64,000 nt of DNA from Clostridium sp. 'White wine YQ' (lineage in GTDB: Bacteria; Bacillota; Clostridia; Clostridiales; Clostridiaceae): positions 421,318 to 485,317 of the forward strand of contig NZ_JAQYUU010000001.1 of the NCBI RefSeq assembly GCF_028728205.1, in the 5' to 3' direction. Under the pieces are notes generated by a model. The model saw only the letters and a list, made by a program, of their open reading frames with translations, searched no databases and was not told the DNA's origin. A program made the translations under genes and the position numbers. Every line of letters begins with the position of its first letter. Positions within the stretch are counted from its first letter, which is position 1. Shown in pieces: positions 49,392-59,500 of this stretch.

Positions 49392-50174
49392 TTGGATATT
49401 GAAGAACTTTATGTGATAGGTGAAGAATATTATGTTAAGAAAGAATATAAAAAGGCGTTAGAGCATTTCGAAAAATACTATAGCTCAAATGAATCTTATG
49501 ATTGTTTAAATTATATTGGCTGTTGTTATTTGGGAATGGAAGACTTTGACTCAGCAGTTAACATATTTAAAAGATTAATAAATGAATGCCCTAAAGTAGA
49601 ACGACCAGTTTTTAATTTAGGCAGAGTTTATTTAAAACAAGGCAGGTTACAGGATGCACTAGACTGTTTTAACAATGCAATTAATATAAATCCTAATAGT
49701 GAAGATGCTTATTATTATTTAGGTGTGTACTATGATAAAATTAATGACTTTGATGAAGCAAGAATATACTATGAAAAATCACTATCATTAAATTTTGAGC
49801 AATCAGAAACACATTTAAATCTTGGAATATGTTTTTATAGATTACAATTGTATAATGAAGCATTGAAGGAATTTGATTTAGCATTAAAATATGATGATGA
49901 ATGCATACAAGCAAGAGAGTGTAAATGGATAATTTACATAGAAATCAAAGATTATTCAAAAGCTTTAAGAGAGTTATTATATGTGAATACCATAAATCCA
50001 TATGATACCTATAATTTAATTGATATTATCCATTGTTACTATAAACTTGATGATTTTCGTAATGCACAGGAGTGGGTTAGTAAATTACTAAGCGTTGAGC
50101 CAGATAATGAGTTTGCTTGCAAAACTATAGAAAGAATAAATTTAAAACTTAGTAAAATCATGGAAAATATATGA
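49392..50174 (+). CDS. TPR-repeat protein
   Basis: Repeated Y/F..A..YY.LG..Y 34-residue units; TTG start with a weak RBS. Confidence 0.6.
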   Translation: MDIEELYVIGEEYYVKKEYKKALEHFEKYYSSNESYDCLNYIGCCYLGMEDFDSAVNIFKRLINECPKVERPVFNLGRVYLKQGRLQDALDCFNNAININPNSEDAYYYLGVYYDKINDFDEARIYYEKSLSLNFEQSETHLNLGICFYRLQLYNEALKEFDLALKYDDECIQARECKWIIYIEIKDYSKALRELLYVNTINPYDTYNLIDIIHCYYKLDDFRNAQEWVSKLLSVEPDNEFACKTIERINLKLSKIMENI

Positions 50175-50258
50175 AAGATTAATATTGATGATGCCGAATT
50201 TGATGAAGAGAATGTTGGGGCGCTTACAGTAGAGATATTTGAGAAATCTCTAATTGCG

Positions 50259-50600
50259 GTGGGAATTAGTTCAATGGAAAATGGAAGTGCTAAAATTTTC
50301 GTTAATCCACAACAAGCTGAAGAGATAAGTATAGCTCTAAAGCAGGCAATAGAAATGATAGAAGATAAACAAGTTAAGTTTAATGTAGATGAAATAAAGC
50401 ATATTAAGACTATGACAGTCAAAGAAAACAATTTTCACATAAAAAATGCTGGAACAATTATAATACAAGTTTACAATAAAGAAAAAATAGAAATATGTGT
50501 TTCATTATTAAAAGGGGCAGACCCAGTGCTTTGGTTAGATATAATCAGCACAAAAAAAGTAGTATCGGTTTTAGATAAGACAATAAATAGTATGCGTTAG
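50259..50600 (+). CDS. hypothetical protein; reading frame is open in frame from 50175
   Basis: No ATG with an RBS. The same frame is open immediately after the TPR gene's TGA stop and encodes a protein-like sequence. Confidence 0.35.
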   Translation: MGISSMENGSAKIFVNPQQAEEISIALKQAIEMIEDKQVKFNVDEIKHIKTMTVKENNFHIKNAGTIIIQVYNKEKIEICVSLLKGADPVLWLDIISTKKVVSVLDKTINSMR

Positions 50601-50732
50601 TATTATTAGGGAACATTTATTAATAGTTTATGAGAAGCTTTAAAGAGAGTTATAATAACTCTCTTTTTTTGAATCACATAGGAATGCGTAATAGTATATG
50701 ATTTTAAGGTGTTATATCATTCTAGGTTTACT

Positions 50733-51010
50733 ATATCGATTGGCGCAACTCTGTTGAATAGAGCTTATAAAAAGCTCTAGGAATCTAATGGTAATACACT
50801 TATAATACACAAATGATATGTTAATCGGCTTATTTTAAGCACTTACAGTTGCTATTGAAGAAGCTTTAGCAAAATAATTTAATTAGAATTAATTGAATTA
50901 GAATTAATTGAATTAAAATACAAGACACGTTCTATTAGTGAAAACTAGTAGGACGTGTCTTTTTTTATGTTCCTAAAAGGGAAAATATGGGAGGGTGGCG
51001 AAATATATAA
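50733..51010 (+). repeat. repeat copy B
   Basis: Shares about 130 nt of upstream sequence with copy C, then ACAGTTGCTATTGAAGAAGCTTTAGCAAAATAA, a terminator hairpin, and the same downstream 45 nt as copy A. Contains the internal duplication GAATTAATTGAATTA x2. Confidence 0.8.
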
Positions 51011-51076
51011 GCTGGGGATTAATAAATATACAAAAGTTAAATATGTATATCGTTATACTGAAAGGGATGATTAGAT

Positions 51077-51452
51077 ATGAATAATAAAAATGTAGGATAT
51101 AGCATTGTAACAGTAAGTGTGTTACTTATTACACAATTAATAATAAGAAGCGTAGGAATAGAAAATATTTCTGCTCAAGTATTTGTGGCACTTTTAGTTA
51201 TCGCTTGTTCTCTTGCGATATTTGGTACTTATAAGGATGGGAAAAAAGGATTCGGAATTAGATACAATTGTCACGATATTGTTAATTTTAGCAAGCATAT
51301 TAATGTCTGTTACTCTGATAATATTTAAAGAATATCCAGCTATGATAGACAAGTATGGATTACTACTTATGATATTGTCATTAGGAAGCTTTTTTGCACT
51401 TTGTCTTTTCATAATTATTTATAGGATAGTATATGATGTTAAACGAAAATAA
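51077..51452 (+). pseudogene. membrane protein gene split by a frameshift at an A6 run (~51248)
   Basis: ORFs 51077-51328 and 51213-51452 overlap in different frames. Joining them at GGGAAAAAAGG gives one ~125-aa three-TM protein. Confidence 0.5.
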
Positions 51453-51530
51453 TCCATTAATTGAGGAAGTTTTAATAAGTAAAGCATAGATAAATGGTTT
51501 TATTAGAAACCGCTAAAAGGAGCTATATAT

Positions 51531-51896
51531 ATGGATAAGAAAAATAGTATTATTATAATAATAATTTTATCAATTTATACATTAGTTAATTTAATAGGAT
51601 ATAATAATATCCCAAGTAACGTGATAGTATTAGTATCTATAATTTGTGCATTAGGAATAATAATTTGCGTATTGAAATATGATTATTTTCGAACTCATAG
51701 TAAATTTATTTCAGGTTTTTTTATAAGCGTTGCTATTGGAGTTTCATTAGTTGCGTTAGATATCGTTTTAAAAGGCAGAGCATCATTCTATACTGAAAGG
51801 GTAAGCGACTATGTTTATTATGTTATCACAGCACTGTTTTTTGGAGGTGTTTTCATGGGCTTAATTGGGGTTGTAAAGGATAAAATGAAAAAATAA
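51531..51896 (+). CDS. small polytopic membrane protein (121 aa)
   Basis: AAAGGAG RBS; 3-4 TM helices. Confidence 0.5.
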   Translation: MDKKNSIIIIIILSIYTLVNLIGYNNIPSNVIVLVSIICALGIIICVLKYDYFRTHSKFISGFFISVAIGVSLVALDIVLKGRASFYTERVSDYVYYVITALFFGGVFMGLIGVVKDKMKK

Positions 51897-52030
51897 TATG
51901 ATTTTTATAATTAAATAGGGAAGTAAAAGAAAAAATACTTAGCCTAGACTAGGTACTTTTCCATTTAGAACTAGAAAGCTAATCAAAATATTCTAATATG
52001 ATTTAAGGGAACTGTATTACTTTAGTTTTA

Positions 52031-52290
52031 AATATATCGATTTGTTAGATTCAGTTAAAAGAGCGTATAGAAAGCTTTAGGAATCTAATAGTAATACACC
52101 TATAATACACAAATGCTATGTTAATCGGCTTGTTTTAAGCACTTACAGTTGCTATTGAAGAAAGTCTGAACAAATAATTTAATTAGTACTAATTAAATTA
52201 AAGATACAAGACACGTTTTATTAGTGAAAACTAGTAGGACGTGTCTTTTTTGATTTTACGAAAGGGAAAGTATAGAGATAATTAGTCGCA
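52031..52290 (+). repeat. repeat copy C
   Basis: ATATCGATT...TAGGAATCTAATAGTAATACACCTATAATACACAAATG..TATGTTAATCGGCTTGTTTTAAGCACTTACAGTTGCTATTGAAGAAAG...ACAAGACACGTTTTATTAGTGAAAACTAGTAGGACGTGTCTTTTTTG. Confidence 0.8.
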
Positions 52291-52410
52291 ACTTAGAAGA
52301 TGAATTAGGTTCTTTCATAATTAATTACTACGGGATTGAAATTAATTATTTATAAAGAAATAGTATGGTATAATTTGTATATATTAAATTAATTTATGGA
52401 GGTCAGTTTA

Positions 52411-53118
52411 GTGAAAATAATTGAACTTGAGCCAGAGTTCATTTTAGATCAAGATAGTGAAACTGAGATTATACATATGGATGTAGGATATAAAGATATT
52501 CCATATGGATTTTTTTATACTAAATGTAAATATTTATCTTATGATTTTAATGGGAAAAAGATTGAAGACAAAAAAGATTATATTAGAACTAAATCTCTTT
52601 GGTTTGTAGATTTTAGTGATAAATCAAAGCACGAGGTCTTACCGTTTGGTAATTATGATATAAATGAAACAAGTATAATTGGAAACTATTTATACATTAC
52701 TAAGATTATAGACAAAGATCAAGATGGAATACTTGAATATGACTATGATGGAGGAGACATTTATAGAATTAATATACACAATCTTCAAGTTGAATTTTGC
52801 TGTAACATTGAGCCATATAATTTTCATGGTTTTGAAGTTGCTACTGAACAATTTTTAGTTTTTCGTTCAGAAGATCAAATTCCTGATACAGATGAAATTG
52901 TGTTTATTGATTTGAAAAATAAAACTAAAGCTATTCTTCTAAATGATTGGAATAAGGAAAGTATGAATTATACATTTATTTTTGATGAATTTGGAATGCC
53001 TATTTATGTAATTACTAAAAGGTATGTAAACAAAGATGAAATAGGTTCAAGTAATGATAAATTAGGTTGTTTCAGTTGGACTAATTTCTTGAATAAACTT
53101 AAATGGAATAGTCTATAA
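52411..53118 (+). CDS. hypothetical cytoplasmic protein (235 aa)
   Basis: GTG start 8 nt after a GGAGG RBS; no recognisable motif. Confidence 0.5.
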   Translation: MKIIELEPEFILDQDSETEIIHMDVGYKDIPYGFFYTKCKYLSYDFNGKKIEDKKDYIRTKSLWFVDFSDKSKHEVLPFGNYDINETSIIGNYLYITKIIDKDQDGILEYDYDGGDIYRINIHNLQVEFCCNIEPYNFHGFEVATEQFLVFRSEDQIPDTDEIVFIDLKNKTKAILLNDWNKESMNYTFIFDEFGMPIYVITKRYVNKDEIGSSNDKLGCFSWTNFLNKLKWNSL

Positions 53119-53210
53119 AATATTATTACAAATGTCGCATTATTAAAAATAAAATAATTAAAATATTGAATTGGGATTAAATAATTATAATTGTTTTTTG
53201 GGGGAGAAAT

Positions 53211-53792
53211 ATGACAAGTATATACTTTATAAGACATGCTCAGCCAGACCATGATTGGGAAGAGGATGGAACACGGCCGTTAAGTGATGAAGGGATGAAT
53301 GATTCCAAAAGAGTAACTGAGTTTTTTAGGGAAATGGAGATAGAGTACTATATATCAAGTCCATACAAAAGAAGCATTGATACAATAAAAGAAAGTGCAG
53401 ATGGACATGGCATTAGTATTGCTTTGGATGAAAGATTAAGAGAACGTGAAAGTGGCCTATGCGGTAATAACATGGAAATGTTCAAAAGACGGTGGGAAAA
53501 CCTTGACTTTCACGAAGAATGTGGAGAGTCACTCAAGATGGTTCAAGAACGTAATATAAAAGCAATTTTTGAAATCTTAATTAATTACAAAGATGCGAAT
53601 ATTGTGATTGGAACACATGGTACAGCATTAAGTACGATTCTCAATTATTTTGAACCAGCATATTGCTGCGATGATTTTTTGAGAATGATTGATTTTATGC
53701 CATACATAATTCGTCTTGATTTTGATGGAATAAATTACATTGGAAAGGAAGAGTTATTGATTGTAAAAAAAGAATTTAAGGGTAAAAAGTAA
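53211..53792 (+). CDS. histidine-phosphatase (phosphoglycerate-mutase-like) family protein
   Basis: IYFIRHAQPD catalytic-His motif; 193 aa. Confidence 0.65.
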   Translation: MTSIYFIRHAQPDHDWEEDGTRPLSDEGMNDSKRVTEFFREMEIEYYISSPYKRSIDTIKESADGHGISIALDERLRERESGLCGNNMEMFKRRWENLDFHEECGESLKMVQERNIKAIFEILINYKDANIVIGTHGTALSTILNYFEPAYCCDDFLRMIDFMPYIIRLDFDGINYIGKEELLIVKKEFKGKK

Positions 53793-53878
53793 TTTCATAT
53801 TTTTATTGGAGAAATAATAAATTAAGCCTTGCATTCAAGCTATATTCAAGCTTTTTGCAAGGCTTTTTTAATTACTAA

Positions 53879-55261
53879 TTATTCATCTTTAAGATCATCA
53901 ATATGAAGGGTGGTATACCTATCATTTTTAAGCGTCTTCACAATTTTTTGCAGAGGCGAGTCGGGATTGTAATTAATGTTTAGTTTATTACCATTTGTAT
54001 TGAAATCAATATAATCTATTTCTATAGATGGGTGGTAATAAAAACTTTTAAGTATATTAGGGTTACCTTCATTAAATTTATCTATCATACGCTGTGTATC
54101 TGCGATAGGATCAGATATACGTCCTAATGGTGTTGGAACAAATAAATGATAATCATCAGGCTTGTACACGTTGTCTTTTTTTGAATAATCATAAGGTTCG
54201 TATATATATTGAAAATACTCGCTAATTATGTTCTTTTGTTCCTTAGTATCCCTATAATGAGGACTCTCGTAATATGAAATAGGAATATTTAAAGCACTTG
54301 CGGTGTCTATACCTTTTTCAATAACTGCTCTTGTTTCAGCTTCAGTACTATTTACGTCCTTTGACATTTCCTCACCAGTTCCACTTGCAGTGTTTCCAGA
54401 TTGATGTGAATAGCCATGAAGACCAATTTCGCCACCTTTATTAAGCATATAATCTAGTATATCAACAAAACCTACATTTACTATATTATCTTTTGTGAGT
54501 AAATCATTATCAAAGTTGGTTGAAGGAACAATGAATCTAGGCATCCATGAAACATGAAACTTCATCCCATTTGAATAAAGTAAATTTGACATGATTTTTA
54601 TTTTTGTTTGATTTCTATCTACAATATTTGAATAACCACAACCGAAATCTTCAAATCTAATAAGGGCGATTTTGTCATTATGATGTATTAAAGGTTCCTC
54701 AGGTGCTTTAACTTCATCTTGAATAAGATTTATTTTTTTGTTTTGGAAATCGAATACAGCAATTAAATCAAAAAGCTTTTCTATATCTGATATTGAGATA
54801 TAGAAGGTGTTTTTATAATTTATTAAATGTCCTCGAAGATGTCCTTTTTTAGAGTTTTTTTCGTAAGAGTCTTCTGTTAAAGAAATTTTATTACTATTAT
54901 TAGTTAAACATAGTGATCCCGTTGAATTATCTACAGTGTAATTTAATTTTTTTGAAATAAAATTAAGTGGTATATAATATCTTTGGGATTTGAGTATCAT
55001 AGGAACATCATCAATGCTAGTCCCATCCAAAATGCTTAAGCTTACATCATGGATTTCTGATATATGTCTATCAGAAAAATTAACTTTGGGAATATAAGAA
55101 CGCTTGAAATTGTTCACTGGAGGTGAATTTGAATAGGTCTTGTTAATGATAGTTGGTTTGGTTTTTAAAAAATTTAAATAAGAATGAATGTTATATGCGA
55201 TTAATAGAATTAAAATTAACGAGGTAAAAGAAAAAATGAGTATTTTTAAATTCTTTGGCAT
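53879..55261 (-). CDS. membrane-anchored DUF2334-like (polysaccharide-deacetylase-like) protein
   Basis: N-terminal TM helix; KIALIRFEDFG and GLHGYSHQ blocks as in DUF2334 proteins. Family assignment is from memory. Confidence 0.5.
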   Translation of the reverse strand: MPKNLKILIFSFTSLILILLIAYNIHSYLNFLKTKPTIINKTYSNSPPVNNFKRSYIPKVNFSDRHISEIHDVSLSILDGTSIDDVPMILKSQRYYIPLNFISKKLNYTVDNSTGSLCLTNNSNKISLTEDSYEKNSKKGHLRGHLINYKNTFYISISDIEKLFDLIAVFDFQNKKINLIQDEVKAPEEPLIHHNDKIALIRFEDFGCGYSNIVDRNQTKIKIMSNLLYSNGMKFHVSWMPRFIVPSTNFDNDLLTKDNIVNVGFVDILDYMLNKGGEIGLHGYSHQSGNTASGTGEEMSKDVNSTEAETRAVIEKGIDTASALNIPISYYESPHYRDTKEQKNIISEYFQYIYEPYDYSKKDNVYKPDDYHLFVPTPLGRISDPIADTQRMIDKFNEGNPNILKSFYYHPSIEIDYIDFNTNGNKLNINYNPDSPLQKIVKTLKNDRYTTLHIDDLKDE

Positions 55262-55383
55262 ATATTTTATGCTCCTTTAATATTATGTATAAATCGTTCA
55301 CATTAAGATGATTATACCATTATTTTGAGAAGATTACATTCAATAAAAATTAAATTTATGTTACAAATTGTATAAGAAAATTT

Positions 55384-55490
55384 ACAATTGCTATTGAATT
55401 ATGTATGAAGCTGTTTAAATATAAATTAAGTTGAAGATGAAAGACACGTTTTATTAGTGAAGACTAGTAAGGCGTGTCTATTTTCATTTG
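55384..55490 (+). repeat. repeat copy D (degenerate)
   Basis: ACAATTGCTATTGAAtt...GAAAGACACGTTTTATTAGTGAAGACTAGTAAGGCGTGTCT retains the gene-end fragment and hairpin. Confidence 0.7.
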
Positions 55491-55621
55491 TTTGTACAAA
55501 AAGCCTTTTATTCAATATAAAGGTAAATAGTGAAGTATATAGTAAAATAATCGATAAATAGATAGTGCATCAAAATAGAATTTATAAAATTATTTAAGAG
55601 TAAACGAAAGGAGAAGTTATT

Positions 55622-56122
55622 ATGGAATTAATTTATTTAGGAATTTTGATAATTATAATACCTATATTAATATGGATAGCTTTAAAAGTAACATATAGAA
55701 GTATCAAAAGAAATGCTTATGGTAAGCTTATATTAAGTGTAAAGGATCATACATATGCAATTGATATTCTTGCAGGAGTGATTTTCTTATTGCTTGGAGG
55801 AAAGAATTTAATTGTAGTATTTATTGATGGAGAGACATTAATTACTCCAGGTTCATATTTGATGATGTTCTCACTGTGTTCAATTATCTATTTTGTTAGA
55901 GCAACATTTAGAATTGAAATAAGAGAAAATGGAATTCTATCAAAAAAAAGTGGTTGGACATGGGAAGAGGTAGAAAGTAGTTACATAAAAGAAACAAATA
56001 GTTCAGTAGTTATAACTTTTAAGTTTAAAAATAGTAGAAAAAAACCTACAAGTATTATGGTACATAAAAAAGATAGAATGGAAGTAGAGAGGAAGTTAGA
56101 AGAAATATTTACGAAAAAGTGA
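55622..56122 (+). CDS. membrane protein with two N-terminal TM helices and a bacterial-PH (YdbS/DUF304-like) cytoplasmic domain
   Basis: 166 aa; AAAGGAGAAG RBS; topology matches bPH_2 proteins. Confidence 0.5.
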   Translation: MELIYLGILIIIIPILIWIALKVTYRSIKRNAYGKLILSVKDHTYAIDILAGVIFLLLGGKNLIVVFIDGETLITPGSYLMMFSLCSIIYFVRATFRIEIRENGILSKKSGWTWEEVESSYIKETNSSVVITFKFKNSRKKPTSIMVHKKDRMEVERKLEEIFTKK

Positions 56123-56248
56123 TAAGTAGTAAATATTATTGTTATATTAGACAATTATTAACCAAGTGTTAAAAAATAAACATATTAAATAAAAATGTTC
56201 ATAATTTGTTATGTGATATAACAGTTAAAACTAGATGATTAAAGGACT

Positions 56249-56279
56249 GAGCAATTTAATGTTTAAATTGCTCTTTTTT
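56249..56279 (+). terminator. rho-independent terminator
   Basis: GAGCAATTTAA tgt TTAAATTGCTC TTTTTTG, a perfect 11-bp stem. Confidence 0.75.
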
Positions 56280-56364
56280 GTTAGAAAGTTAACAAAATTA
56301 AAAAATATTTACAAATTGGTTAAAATATTATAGCATTATTATGTAAGAAATTACAAAAAACCAT

Positions 56365-56515
56365 AGAAAAAGGCAAATTTATTGAAAGATAAAGACGCAA
56401 AGCCACGGGCCTACGGTATTCTAAATATGCATTTTGAAATTATTGTAATTATATTGGAGAATTATTTGTGATTGGCATATTTATACTAAGGTCGCCGGGT
56501 TACCAGAGTGGTATA
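56365..56515 (+). promoter_or_regulatory. c-di-GMP-I (GEMM) riboswitch
   Basis: AAGGCAAAtttattGAAAgataaaGACGCAAAGCCacGGGCCTA ... GGTCGCCGGGTTACCAGA matches the GEMM-I consensus: GGCAAA, a GAAA tetraloop on a 6-bp stem (TTTATT/GATAAA), GACGCAAAGCC and the 3-prime GCNGGGUUACC block. Sits 84 nt upstream of the Rhs start codon. Confidence 0.7.
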
Positions 56516-56598
56516 TTTCATTAAGATAACTTATGAAATCTATTCGCATATCTAAAATTAATTCTGCCCAAATCTATGGACTTATTAGGGGGTGTAAG

Positions 56599-59500
56599 AT
56601 GAAGAAAAACGTTCTAATAAGGGCCATATGTACTTTTCTGACTTTTTCTACTTTATTATTTTCTTTTAATGATGTAGTTGCTTATGCGGCTGAAAACTTA
56701 TCAAATCAGCCAAAGGGCGAATACTATGGAAAGGATATCAATAAGGAAAACCAAAAAGTAAAAACTGAAAATCAAACAGAAAACATTTCTACAAAGGCTC
56801 TTAGAAAACCAAGCACAATTAAACAAAAGAAGGAAGAATCTTATAGTAAGGATAAGGAAGTAGTTAGTAAAAGAACTGCAAATAGTAAAACCTATAAGAT
56901 AGATAACAAAACTGAAGTAAAAGATATTTATCTTGATAAAGTGAACTATAAAGATGCAAATGGAAATTATCAAGAGGTGGATAATACCTTAGCGCTAAAT
57001 AGCAATGGAGGATATTACGAAAATAAGGCAAACGATTATAAGGTTAATTTTCCTACTGAAATAACAAAAGATAAGGGAGTATCAGTACAAAAAGGAAATA
57101 CGTCTGTTACATTATTTCCTATGGAAGGGGACTTTTCAAGAAGTGCAGCTTCAGAAAATGCAATATTATACAATGATGTATTTGATGGAGTAGATTATGA
57201 GTATACAGCTAACCCAGATGGAGTTAAAGAGGATATTATACTTAATAGATATGTTGATACTTCTACATTTAAGTATCAAGTAAGCACTAAAGGAGTAATT
57301 CTTAAAGAAGAATTAAATTCAATAAGAGGATATGAACCAGGCAAAAAAGATCCTACCTTTATATTAAGTGCGCCTGTAATGGTTGATGCTTCAGGAAAAA
57401 AGAATAGCAATCTAACCATAAAGCTAGATAAAAAAATATTTGGTAAGGATGTTATTGCAGTAACAGTAGATGAAGATTGGCTCAAATCACCTGAGAGAGC
57501 ATATCCAGTAAAGGTTGACCCTCAAGTTAATATTTATAGTGATAGGATTAATATCGCGTCAGCGGAGGAAAATGCACCTAACACTAATACATTAAACAAT
57601 GGATATGTATATGTGGGAATGGACGATGGAGTAGCATCTGGAAATAATCAATATAAAATTAATGGGCTTCAAAAGACTAGAGCCTACGTTCAGATAAATG
57701 GTAATTTGGGAGTGGATATTCCTAAAGAGGCAACAATTAAGTCCGCTAATTTTGAAATGTATAAGTACACTAACTTTTCAAGTTCTTCAAGAGAAATTGG
57801 ATTATATAGTGTAGATGATAGTTATGATGTGAGCCAAGTTACTTGGAATCAACAGCCTAAGAATAAAACATTCTATTCTTCTGCGATGATAGATGGAAGT
57901 ATAGGTTATATTAGTTGGGATATTAAGTCATTGGTTAGTGATTGGGTAAATGGAAAAACAAATAATGGATTCCTCTTGCAGTATTTAAATGAAACCCAAC
58001 AGTGTGAAACCTTTGCAACTCAAAATAATGAATATGAATCTAGAAGACCAAAGATTGAAATCGTTTATGAGTTTGTAGATGGTGTAGATACTAATATGCA
58101 ATTTGGTGCAACAAATATTAATTTGAGGCCTATTTCTGAGCATGACAGTGAAGGGGAACTTAAAGTTGATGGAATTATAGTAGATGGATTAGTAAAACCA
58201 ACAGCTACTGTAAATTATGAATTAGATGTTGAAAATCCTGATTACAAGGGAAGTGTACAAGCTAGCTACGTTTATAAATATCCTGATGGTTCAATGTACT
58301 CAAGTATTTTTCCAAAGGCTTATGTTTATAAGGGAAAAGATAGTAACTGGCAGTCGGATAAGATATTAACTCCTAAATTAGATCAATTATACAGAATTAA
58401 GGCAACTGCAACCTTGGATGGAGAAACAAGTAGTCCAGCATACAGTGACTACTTCCAAATCTATCAAGTTCAAGCTAAGGATACTATTCCGTATATAGCA
58501 AGCTTTTATGGAGTACCTAATTCTGTAATTATGAGTGATAATAAAGTTGGAGATACTCTGCTTGTAGAGGGGAATACTCTTTTCATAAGAAATCCCAAGA
58601 AAAATGCTGGAAAGCCATATACGCCTCCATCCCTTACAGATGCTAGAAAAAAAGAAATAGATAGTGCTCTTATGGGAAGAAAAAAGCATTGTATTTATGG
58701 GTTTGAACCAATAAATTTACTAACTGGTAACTTTATATATGAAGCTGATGATGCTAGTTTAACTGACTACAATGGAGACTTTATAATAAAGAGAACTTAT
58801 AACGCAATGGAAGAAATTCATGATGGATACTTTGGAGTAAAATGGGACTTTAATTTTAATAAGTCTTTATCAGCACTTGCAGATGGAACCATAATATTTA
58901 ATCAAGGTGATGGAAGTACCATCTACTATAGAAAAAATAGTGATGGCAGCTACAGTGGACCAGTGGGAGAAAATTTAAAGCTATCCTTAGTTAATGATGA
59001 TAGCAGAAAAAATATAGGCTACGAGGTTACTGATGGTTTAACCACCTATCAATTTAATAAGATGGGACTTTTAGATTCACAAGTTGATGAAAAAGGTGAT
59101 ATTACAAAGCTTGCCTATAATGAAGATTATAAATTAACAAGTATAACTTCACCTTCAGGAAAGGTTTTTGGAATAACCTTAAATGATGAAGGAAGAATAG
59201 GCACAATAACATTACCAAATTCAAGCGTATTAAAATATAGTTATGATGGAAATGGTAACTTAGTTTCGTATATTGATGCAAATGGACATGAAACAAAGTA
59301 TCAATATGATGACAAAGGAAGAATGACATCATTTGTTGATGCCAAGGGAAATACCGTAGTAACTAATACTTATGATGAGCAAAATCGTGTAACTACTCAA
59401 ACAGATGCTCAAGGTAAGAAAATATATATGAATTATTACGACGGGTACAATGAAACAATTGATGCAAAGGGCAATAAGACACAATATTATTATGATGCAC

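Noticed and set aside
48534-55500. Integron cassette array (attC sites) or CRISPR array as explanation of the repeats
   Set aside because: No IntI-like recombinase is present. The repeats lack convincing RYYYAAC/GTTRRRY core sites. They are 100-300 bp direct repeats derived from a gene 3-prime end and separated by kilobases of genes, unlike CRISPR repeats or attC. No cas genes were seen.
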